Below, one piece after another: positions 48,680-58,389 of a DNA stretch of 64,000 nt. A model generated the notes under the pieces. That model was not told the DNA's origin and searched no databases. It saw only the letters and a program-made list of their open reading frames with translations. Both the position numbers and the translations under genes were made by a program. Numbering within the stretch: the stretch's first letter is position 1; each line of letters opens with the position of its first letter. Source of the stretch: Hyphochytrium catenoides (lineage: Eukaryota; Protista; Hyphochytriomycota); NCBI GenBank assembly GCA_900088475.1, contig FLMG01000369.1, positions 31,020 through 95,019 of the forward strand, in the 5' to 3' direction.

Positions 48680-49729
48680 ATGGCTTCTTCTACGTCGTCG
48701 TCGTCTGGCAACAAGAAGACTGCCAGTTCAGGAATGAACTCAGAGGAAAATGAGTCGCCCACCTACCATCAGCTCGACCTGCAGAAGTCCTGGAAGCAAG
48801 GCTTTGCAGCTTTTCTAGCTCGACAGATGGACGCGACATGGCCTCTCGAGTCAGGGATCCTTTCTCGATATGAAAAGCTCCGTGAGCTGGACGCTCTAGA
48901 GATTGTGGACGTTGGATGCGGGTGCGGAATCTTTGTCTTTCGCTTGGCAGACCTTTTCCCAAATGCCTCTATTGTGGGCTGCGATCTCGATGAGTCCAGC
49001 ATTGAAGAGGCAAATCGTCTTCTTCAGGAGCATCCAGATCGAGAGGCGCTAAGCAGGCGGGTGAAGTTCATCACCGCGGACGTGTATGCCCTTGAGAACA
49101 CCTTTGAACCAGGGTCTAAGCACCTGGTGACGTGCAGGTCGATGCTTTATACCACTCAGAAGCCTGAGCGAGCCATTCAGCAGTTGCTGAGCATCACCAA
49201 CAAGCGAGTGGGGTACCTGCACTTCTTGGAAGAAGATCACGGGTACACTGTCTCGTGGCCTACGCAGCACCCTTCAGGGGACAGCACAGCTTGGTTGAGG
49301 GAGTCCTGGGTTGAGGCTTGCAAGCGTACAGGTGCTGATGCAATGATGGCTCGGACTCTATACACACGCCTCCACCGTGCTCTTGAGCAGCAAGGAGGAC
49401 AAGGGCATGTAGAGCGCATTCCCAAGCGCGTGGGAGAAATCTTGAGAAACACCAGCCAAGGCTATGATTCTGTCGTGAGAGAATTTCCCATGTCTGTCAA
49501 CACTGCGAATACACCGCGCAAACACTTGGCCGCGATCTTAGAGGCATGGGAGAGCTACTACTCGGAATACATTGCCAAGCACTCAGATAAAACCAAGGAA
49601 GAAGTATCTGAAGGTTTCTTAGATATGGCGAGAGCAGCGAGAGGCGAGGAGGCCTTCTATCGGGACGGTTATTTTGCATGGACGTGCTACATCTACGTCG
49701 TCATGTTTTCCAGCCTATCTGACCCTTGA
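48680..49729 (+). CDS. Class I SAM-dependent methyltransferase (349 aa, intronless)
   Basis: Motif I IVDVGCGCG, post-I IVGCDLD, then ITADVY, HLVTCR and GYLHFLEED. Confidence 0.88.
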   Translation: MASSTSSSSGNKKTASSGMNSEENESPTYHQLDLQKSWKQGFAAFLARQMDATWPLESGILSRYEKLRELDALEIVDVGCGCGIFVFRLADLFPNASIVGCDLDESSIEEANRLLQEHPDREALSRRVKFITADVYALENTFEPGSKHLVTCRSMLYTTQKPERAIQQLLSITNKRVGYLHFLEEDHGYTVSWPTQHPSGDSTAWLRESWVEACKRTGADAMMARTLYTRLHRALEQQGGQGHVERIPKRVGEILRNTSQGYDSVVREFPMSVNTANTPRKHLAAILEAWESYYSEYIAKHSDKTKEEVSEGFLDMARAARGEEAFYRDGYFAWTCYIYVVMFSSLSDP

Positions 49730-50480
49730 AGCAACAATGCCTTGACGGCCCCAGAGGAGCACGCTGTCCTCCACTATCTACTAGTACGAGTAGTGACCAA
49801 CTACTACTAATACCAAGAAATGTTACGATATAGTTGACTTCACTTCGGAACGTCTTGTCGATATTCCCTTTTTTTCCTTCTCCTCTGGCTTCCCCGTGAC
49901 CTCATCCACTCAGTTCTGTGGGAACTGAGTCATCAGGCGGTCGGTGGTTCCTGCCACAAGCCGTGACACACTTGTAGACCTCCCTCCTCGAACAAGAACT
50001 GTTTATGATGATACTACTCTATCTTAGCTTCCCGGTCCGGTTTTACTACGTCGTGGTGCATATTCTGAGGACCACTTCCGCCGCTCCCGGCCGCCGCACA
50101 GCAACAAAAGTTATTCGTTCTCTTCATTCACTACAAAGATCACCGTGCCAGCGAGTGAGAAGTCGTGAGCTAGACGGGCAATAATGTTTATTATTAAATT
50201 AGGTGATTAGGGGATCACGAGAAGAAGACGACCGGCAAGTGATGCGGGGGGAGGAGCTCAAGTGAGAAGGTGATTTGTGCACGCAGTAGTTAATAAATAT
50301 TAATAGTCATCGATACATGTTCTGCTCTGCATGCTGCTCCTGCCCGCCGCAAGGGGACTAACAATGATGCTAAACAAGACGTAGTACTAAGGTTAGGATG
50401 TGTTGTTCTTTCTTTCATCTTGTTGAAAAAAGGGGAATTGTTGACTACGAAGAGCGGCGCGCGGCGTGAGAAGCCCGCCG

Positions 50481-50563
50481 CTGCTGGCGCTGCTGCAAAG
50501 CAAACACGAGGAGGTAAGATCTGCTGGCGCTGCTGCAAAGCAAACACGAGGAGGTAAGATCTG
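50481..50563. repeat. Perfect 40-bp tandem duplication
   Basis: CTGCTGGCGCTGCTGCAAAGCAAACACGAGGAGGTAAGAT twice, followed by CTG. Confidence 0.95.
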
Positions 50564-51801
50564 AAGAAGATGGTGGTGTCCTGACTGCAGGGGAAGGAAC
50601 TAAGCTCCTTCCGGTCTTGCAAGCAGCAAGAAGCAGCAACCCAGCAAGCAAGCAGCAGCAGGAGCGAGCAGCAGCGACATTGTTGATGATGATGATCCTT
50701 GATTCCTCGTTGAAGACAAAGGCTTCGTGCGCATTGGGACTTCAATAGAGGGAAGATATTCAGTAACACACCCTTACAAATCCGGTGCGCACCCGGGGCA
50801 CGAACATCAGAAGCTATTTTGTTCGCTCTAAGAGCACCGAAAGAAATATTATCACTCTCCAAATGGTACTTCGATGAGCGCACCCGGATATCTTCTGTGT
50901 GGTTTTGATGCCTGGGGAGATCCTCTCAACGAACTCATACAAATAGACAATTTGGCCATTTAAGGGGAAAACAGAAGTGGCCTCCAAGCGCTCCTTTTCC
51001 GCACCCTAGGAGCCGCAAATGCTATGAGCCAAGTATCCAGAAGATCCTTTGTACGAGGCCACACAGGCTTCTTAGTAGCCCTTCAGAAAACGTTCCTCCT
51101 CCTTGAAGCCTCGGCAACAACAGCGGCAGCAGCATCTCTCTTCTTCATCAGCTGTGTGTGTGGTGTCGACCTAGGAAGAGCGACAGAGGAGAGAAGTGGG
51201 AGGAGCGACGAGTAGGTAGAGGAGGAGGAAACAGTGGCGACAACAAAGGACCAAAACATGCTGCTGCTTCATCATCAGCCATGCTACTGCTGCCTTCATC
51301 GTCAGGGAGACAGAAGAACGAGGTGAGAGAGGAGGCAGCCATCAAGGGCCATGATAGAAGAGCTATCGTAGCCGGGAAGAGGGGCCCCTCCCTGATCGAA
51401 AGGAGCAACAACAGAAGAGAGAGAGCAACAGAAGGAAGAGAGAAGTAGGGTGATGCAGTTCTGATTTAAGAAAGATCCACTGAGAGTACGACTCACGACG
51501 AGCAGAGCATATATCTAGTTGAAGAAGAGAGTTAGCTGGGAGGCAGTGTAAACGCTTTAGATTCTTGTTCCTGCGTGCAATAACAGACGTACTACAAATC
51601 TTGCTGATCGGAAGAAGAGAAAGCTAGCTTTTGGCATTGCTTCTTCGGTTGCAAGGGTGTGCTCAGTCTCAGATCAGCGTCGGTGTGAACGATCCCTTCT
51701 TTCCTTGTGTCGACGCCTCTGCAGTTGGTAGCCCCTACTTCTTGGAAGCTGCTGCTGTGCGACGCAAGACAGAAAGATTCGACCTGTAGAGTGGAGGAGT
51801 C

Positions 51802-54800
51802 ATGGGCGGCAGTGATGATGGAGCAACAGATGGAGAGGAGGTCCGCCGCCAGACTACCAAGGATAAAAGAGGGATAAATAACCCCTCCGAAGGACAGCAG
51901 CGTGATCTAGAACCAGGAAGTGCTGCCTTGTCTACCACTGACCGGAAAGATCTGTCGAGCGAACAGAAAGATACCGTCAATGACCGTCGTCACCAGAACG
52001 AGGAGGAAGCACAAGGAAATAAGGGGAACGTGGTCTCCTCAGCACCTGCTAAGAAGGAAGGACGGGTGAGAACAGAAGAGACGCGTGCCATTCCAGGCCC
52101 TGATGAATGGATTACCAGAGATGAGCGACTCATTCGCCTGACCGGGCGCCATCCTTTCAATGCTGAGCCGCCCAGTGACCTTGTGATTGACTCCAACGAG
52201 CGGCTTCTAACCCCTGAAGCACTGCATTACGTTCGCAACCATGGAAGTGTTCCTCGATTGGAGGACGAAAGCCACCGACTTGAGATATCCGGCATTATGC
52301 CGCAGCCAAAGAGCTTCACTGTCAATGAATTAAGGAAGAAGTTTCCGGCACAGAGAATCCTCGTCACCTTTGCCTGTGACGGCAACAGGAGAAAGGAGCT
52401 GAATCAAGGGGAGAGAACGCGTGGGTTCAACTTTTCAGCCTGCGCCGTGTCCACCGCGTACTGGACGGGAGCCCTATTGAGAGATGTGCTCGAGCACTGC
52501 GGAGTCAAGGATGTTACTATGGGGCAACAGAGGCGGAGAGAAGAAGGCAACACGGGTAAAAATGAAGAGGCGCAAGACCAGAACAGCCTAGTGCCATCCT
52601 ACGTCGAGTTCGAAGGTGCAGACACTCTGCCTCACGGCAAGTATGGCACGAGTATCCCGCTGTCTTACGCCTTGGATCCGTACAATGACGTCTTACTGGC
52701 GTATGAGATGAATGACAGACCCCTGCCTGCCGATCACGGCGGCCCCCTGAGGCTCATCTTACCTGGCTGCGTAGGCGGGAGGATGGTGAAATGGCTCTCT
52801 CGAGTCACTCTCTCCGCTACTCCGTCAAAGAACTGGTATCATTTGAATGACAACCGTGTTTACCCTCCTTCCGTGAAAGGAGAAGCGGATCTTCGAGCGC
52901 TAGCAACGCCTAAGATGGGCAACTTGGACGAAGACGGACATGCAGCCAGCAGAGCAGAAGATGGAGGAGAGGTTCGTTCTCCTCCAGAAAATAGTCCTGG
53001 AACTGGGGAGACGAACAACGATGAAAGTGGAGAACAAATAGACTGGCGATGCTCGAGCAAGGAAAGACCAGGCTCTGAGAGTTCTTCTACAAAGGCCCAG
53101 CAGGGAGACAACGGCAAAGGAGAAAACGATACTATCAACAGCTCTGATGGGAACAAGGCCTCTTCTCGCTCTGTCCCGGATGTCGGTAGAACTCGAGGAG
53201 AGGTTCATGACGGCGCTAGCCGGGGGTCTGATGAGGGAACCAACAACGGGGAAGACTTCGTCCTTTATCAGCTCAACGTTAACTCCGCTGTCCTTTCTCC
53301 GCCCCACGGGAGCATATTTGCCGTAGCGCTAGGATCGAAGCACAAGCAGGGTCCCTCGGAAAGTGTCCCACCACCAGCACGGATGAGTAGCGACGGAGGA
53401 GAAAACAACGATATCGGGAGCCAGATGGTCTCTCTCGACGGCTCAGTTAAGTTTACGGGCTTCGCATACAGCGGTGGAGGGCGCAAGGTCGTCAGAGTTG
53501 AAATGACATTGGACGATGGGAAGAGCTGGATTCAGTGTCGGAGAAGGTTTCCTGAGGATGCAGTGAGGCATCACCACAAGTGGTGGGCGTGGTGCATCTG
53601 GGACTGCTCTCTCCCTGTCTGGCGGTTGCTCCGTGCCCAAGAGGTAATAGTGCGCGCTTGGGATGCGGCTTACAATACGCAGCCCTCTAGGCTCACTTGG
53701 AACCTCCTGGGAATGATGAATAATGTTGAGTATAGGGTGAAAATGGAGGTCATCGACGGTGGCGGAGGCGGCAATCATTGTGTCTCTCCTCCTACGTCTT
53801 TATCTCTGAAATTCCTTCATCCCGTCTCTCAAGGTCCAAAAGGGGAAGACGGTTGGATGGCTGGCGTTGAAAAGCGGACTTCTGTTTCATCAGCGGCTGG
53901 CGGTGGCACTGGAACAAAAGGACACGCAAAGGGCCCAGAGCAAGAAAAAAATCTGCGTCCAGTAGCAAGAGATGAGCTTCAGGAGCATGCTACGGCCAAC
54001 GACTGCTGGATATTGATTGATGGCTACGTATACGACGTAACATCGTTCCTGAGCTCACATCCTGGTGGAGCAGACGCGATCCTAGCTCTCGCGGGCCAGG
54101 ACGCCAGTGAGGAGTTCAATGCAATCCATTCAGACGAAGCGCGGCAAATGAAGGAACGCTATGTTATTGGTCCGCTTGCTGAGGGTAAAGGGGCGACAGC
54201 AGCGCGGGCTGAGAAAGGCGGCCAAGAGGCTGGTGCTGCTGCCAGCGGAGTGAAGTCTGCCCCACGAAAGCCTCACGTCTCTCAGAGGTCCAAATACCCC
54301 ATTATGACACCTTTTGGAAAAGAAGTAGCCATACATTCCAGACGAGACTGGACCAAGGTGAAGCTGATCGAAAAGGAAGCTATCTCTCACGATACACGAC
54401 GCTTTACCTTTGCCCTACCTTCCTCTAACCATTGCCTCTGCATACCTGTCGGCCGCCATATAACGCTAGGTGTGCATCCGTTCGCTGATGCTCCAGAGAA
54501 GATGGTGGTGAGGCCCTACACTCCTACACGCCCAGTCCTAAACGAGGAAGAGGACGGGACTTTCGACCTAGTGGTCAAGATTTACTTTCCAGACTCTGAG
54601 GGACGTCATGGTGGACAAATGTCCATGTTCTTAGAGAATATGGAGCTAGGGACCGAGCTTGAAGTGAAAGGTCCTGAGGGGCATATCACGTATGAAGGGA
54701 ACGGGCTGCTGGATATTGACGGACACTTCCAGTTCGCGTCCAAGATCAACCTTATAGGGGGAGGAACGGGTATCACACCGCTCTTTCAACTGCTCAAGTA

Positions 54801-55137
54801 CATTGCCAGACGGAGAGAGACAGATAAGACCGAAGTAGCCCTGCTTCTCTCTAACAATCGGGAGGAGGACATTCTCCTGAGAGAAGAAATAGAGAGGATG
54901 GCAAACGGGACGCAAGGCATCAAGTTCTGGTATACACTCACTCGCGTGGATGATGTCCCTGAGGGCTGGCAATACAGTCAGGGCTATATCTCCAGGGAAA
55001 TGTGCGATGAACACTTATTCCCTGCTGCGGGAGATAGTCTGACTTTAGCCTGTGGGCCTCCAGGACTTATTCAGAAGGCTGCCATTCCCATTCTTTCAGA
55101 CATGGGCTTCGATGACGATCACCTTTTTATCTTCTGA
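51802..55137 (+). CDS. Eukaryotic nitrate reductase-family protein (Moco + dimerisation + cytochrome b5 + FAD/NAD(P)H domains), 1111 aa, intronless
   Basis: RLTGRHPFNAEPP, HYVRNHG, CDGNRRKE (Moco Cys), DHGGPLRL..GGRMVKWL, YSGGGRKV, WNLLGMMNN, b5 HPGG and AIHS, RPYTP, GGTGITP, CGPP. Confidence 0.92.
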   Translation: MGGSDDGATDGEEVRRQTTKDKRGINNPSEGQQRDLEPGSAALSTTDRKDLSSEQKDTVNDRRHQNEEEAQGNKGNVVSSAPAKKEGRVRTEETRAIPGPDEWITRDERLIRLTGRHPFNAEPPSDLVIDSNERLLTPEALHYVRNHGSVPRLEDESHRLEISGIMPQPKSFTVNELRKKFPAQRILVTFACDGNRRKELNQGERTRGFNFSACAVSTAYWTGALLRDVLEHCGVKDVTMGQQRRREEGNTGKNEEAQDQNSLVPSYVEFEGADTLPHGKYGTSIPLSYALDPYNDVLLAYEMNDRPLPADHGGPLRLILPGCVGGRMVKWLSRVTLSATPSKNWYHLNDNRVYPPSVKGEADLRALATPKMGNLDEDGHAASRAEDGGEVRSPPENSPGTGETNNDESGEQIDWRCSSKERPGSESSSTKAQQGDNGKGENDTINSSDGNKASSRSVPDVGRTRGEVHDGASRGSDEGTNNGEDFVLYQLNVNSAVLSPPHGSIFAVALGSKHKQGPSESVPPPARMSSDGGENNDIGSQMVSLDGSVKFTGFAYSGGGRKVVRVEMTLDDGKSWIQCRRRFPEDAVRHHHKWWAWCIWDCSLPVWRLLRAQEVIVRAWDAAYNTQPSRLTWNLLGMMNNVEYRVKMEVIDGGGGGNHCVSPPTSLSLKFLHPVSQGPKGEDGWMAGVEKRTSVSSAAGGGTGTKGHAKGPEQEKNLRPVARDELQEHATANDCWILIDGYVYDVTSFLSSHPGGADAILALAGQDASEEFNAIHSDEARQMKERYVIGPLAEGKGATAARAEKGGQEAGAAASGVKSAPRKPHVSQRSKYPIMTPFGKEVAIHSRRDWTKVKLIEKEAISHDTRRFTFALPSSNHCLCIPVGRHITLGVHPFADAPEKMVVRPYTPTRPVLNEEEDGTFDLVVKIYFPDSEGRHGGQMSMFLENMELGTELEVKGPEGHITYEGNGLLDIDGHFQFASKINLIGGGTGITPLFQLLKYIARRRETDKTEVALLLSNNREEDILLREEIERMANGTQGIKFWYTLTRVDDVPEGWQYSQGYISREMCDEHLFPAAGDSLTLACGPPGLIQKAAIPILSDMGFDDDHLFIF

Positions 55138-55386
55138 GGGAATTCCTAGGTAGTGAGGGATCTTCCAACAAGTTGGTCTTTTACTCCTTCCATAACGAGA
55201 GTTACTTGCGCTGCAGGCGAGGGTTGTCTCGCCCGACGTCTGTTTATCTCCTACACTTAGTGAAGATAGAAGAGCTAGCTTTAAGTGCTCTGGTGTCAGT
55301 TTATTTGGGAAAGACTCAATACAGCTCTTAAAAACTATTCAGCCTTTGCCTATGCTTTTATTGACTTCTTTCCTCCTTTTCGATGG

Positions 55387-58085
55387 TCAACCAGCAAGTG
55401 CAGTCCCCTCAACGGGGAGTTTTCTAGCTTCCCTTTGGCTGGCGGTAGGCTTCAGAAAGACGGCAATGAGTACCAATATTACGCAGAAGTAGATGGCAAG
55501 AACAGTGACCGCCCAAGGAAAGCCCGAAGCGCATGCTTCATAATACGAGAAGGTCGAGTCCTCCTCCTCGCCCTTCCAATGGCAATTTGCCGTGGTCTGC
55601 GGTAGTGCTGACACGAGGACTCCGCTTACTATAGGAGCGAAGCTTGAGACCAAACCTAATAAGGAGACCAAGAACCTCGGTTATGCGGGAGATAAAAAGA
55701 GCGATTCAGAGAGAGAGAGGCTCTGCACGACGACATATAGCTAATTTTAGGCACCACCAGACGAAATGGCAGGTCGCAGAATGTGCCACTGAAAAAGAAA
55801 GAGCGGGAAAGTCTACCGGTCTTCATATAATGATAGAATTTCAGCCATTAGCTCAGGGCCGCCACAAGAGAGAGTACTACTAGATGGTTTGATGATACTG
55901 AGGAGGACAATAATTAAGGGCTTGCATGGTCTTATCTCGTAGGTGCTTGGTTACCTTCTATTCCAGTGAGAATGGAGCTACAAACCTCAGGGTGTCCCTG
56001 CTTTCGAGGCACCGATAACTCCAGCAACACATAGCCAGCGGTGATACTGAAGCCTCCACCTCCACCTGTAAGAGCTACTCCTACTACCTGGAAGAGCCAC
56101 AGGAGTCCCCGCGGCTTCACCTCAAGACCAGCCACAGGTCCCATGAGAGCAAATGATATGATCCCAGTCAGCAGCCCTGCCAAGAGCAAGCTTTTTGGCT
56201 CTTTCGACCTAGCGAGTCGGCCGGCAAGAACGGCACCCCCTGCATAACCCAGGGCTCCAACTGCAAAAAGGAGGCCGACAGTCCCTACGGAGGCTCCAAG
56301 CACCACTTCAAAGTGCTCTTGAAGCAGTGGATTGGTGTAAGCAAAACCCGTGTAGGACAGGGAGATACCCGCTGCACTAGGTAAAGATCAATTGAAAAAG
56401 TGATTAGCATATCATCCGCATTTGACGACTAGAAGGGGCCATAGGTAGTGAACAATGGGAGCAAACCTGCGGATAGTAACGTCGATACCGAGACCACATC
56501 TCGGAAGGCTAGTCTAGTTTGCGTAACAGGAGCTCTGGGCGGCCCGTCTTCTTCAATTTCTTCTATAACTGAATTGTGGACACTTGTTTTTTGCACAGGT
56601 GAAGCGAGACCTGGTCCTTGCTCCACTTCTCTATCGGCCACAGTTGCCTCGCTTAATCCCTTCAGATATATATTAGACCGAATAGCCCAGGCAAAAGGAC
56701 CACTAAGGCAGAGAGTTAGCAGGCCGAAAGCTAGAAATGGTGCCTTGAACCCGCCTGCCTCGTAGAGCAGTCCACCCACAGTCGGTCCCAAGACGAAGGC
56801 AGTCCCTGTATACAACGCACTCAGTAGATTATTATCCAAAGCATGACACAGGTTAAACTCTTGTGCTTCAAGCGGCCACTCATCACTTCACACACCTGAG
56901 AATATCTCACGAGTTCCCATGGCCTCTCCGACACATGCCCTAAACTCATGCGTGATTATTGAAGTTGCTCCTACAACTATTACGAAGAAGAGAAGAAAGG
57001 CTTGATGTTACAGATACCGGTCGATCATAAACATACGCAAACGTTTAGAGATGTCTTAGAGATACACGAGGGATCGCTGTGCTAGACGCTACACTTATAC
57101 CTGCGAATGCGCCACCCATGCCTTGTCCGACCCTCATGCAGTAGAGTAACGGCAAGCTATCTTCGGCAAGCCCAAAGCCTACCATCGCCGCACCCATGAC
57201 TACAAGACCTAGCAGCAAGGTCATTATCCGGCCTATTCTGAGTAGAGAATTAAGACGTCAGAGGCAACGATCAGGAACATCGTTGACTAGTAAAAGACTT
57301 AGCTAGATAGACGTGAGGCACAGACAGGAAAGCAGGACCAGTGGATGCGCACAGTGGCAGTTAGGAAAAGGATGGCAGGACGTGGACTAACTTCAGACAA
57401 AATAAGCTAGCCGGCGGGACAAAGAGACTCGAGCTCAACGGAAAGATGCCAAATATGACTCCGGTCTGAACGCCGCTGGCCCCTAAATTATCCATTGTTC
57501 CTATGAGCGGGATTCATGTGGTTAGACACCAAGAGGCTTTTACGAACAGACGAACGGCTTTACCTTGGAGAAAGGGCAGCGGAATCGAGACTCCGAGATA
57601 CATGAGAAAGACAGCGAACGAGGAACAAAAGAGAATAATGCAGTTTGTCTTAGTGTAGCGCAACCTGGGCGCTACATTTGAGGCCGATCCTGGGAGAGAC
57701 GGTTCTGGGCCAAATGTCTCGCCTTCTAAGGTTTAGAAAGGCAATGTTAGGGCATAATATAGCCACCAGGAGCGCAAGATACCGACGAAGTAATAGCGGT
57801 GGCAGAGATGAGAAGTAGGAACGCATTAGGGTGTAACCACCATCAGCTAAGAAGATCGTTTTGCCTACCTCTAGTCAACTTGTTGTCCACCTGCTGCGGC
57901 TTGGTATCACAAAGAGGCCGCTCTCCATCCACTGAAAGGTCGTCAGGTTGCCTGCTGGTTCCTACAATAATGGAGGATGATGCAGAGGAAGAAAGTATCG
58001 GGGAGAGCCACCGCGGACATGATTCTTCCAGTTGCTGATAAGAAGCTCTCTCTTCCGGGTTGAGATCGGTGTCCTGGGGCCACAT
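55387..58085 (-). CDS. MFS transporter, SLC18B1/VMAT-like, 8 exons (approx. 58085-57869, 57726-57564, 57500-57392, 57237-57101, 56970-56896, 56805-56467, 56371-55955, 55655-55387)
   Basis: GT-AG introns with consistent phases give ..RVGQGMGGAF..GEAMGTREIFSGTAFVLGPTVGGLLYEAGGFKAPF.. and further TM helices typical of MFS/SLC18. Confidence 0.82.
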
Positions 58086-58389
58086 ATGTAAAAGAATTAA
58101 CCCTTCTCAGTGATCGTGAACAGTGTTGCCTGTAGGACGCCAACAAGGACGTCTGATTAGCAGATAGCTTTGAAAGGGTCTCTACTAGTCCTGGAGGACG
58201 CTGCTACCGTCGCTTAGTCCTGAACCGATTGCAGCAGGTGCCACACTTCGTTGTCTGATTCCTCTCTGCTTCTCATTGGTCACCAAGCTCATGCGTCCGT
58301 CGTGTAGGACACTAGCTGGTATGGTGGCGGCTGCGTCTTCTTGCTGCTGGATGTCTGTCCGGTTATAACTCGAATAGGCAACATTGGAT

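Noticed and set aside
55387-58085. MFS gene as an NRT2 nitrate transporter clustered with NR
   Set aside because: It lacks nitrate-signature motifs; the sequence resembles SLC18B1-type MFS.
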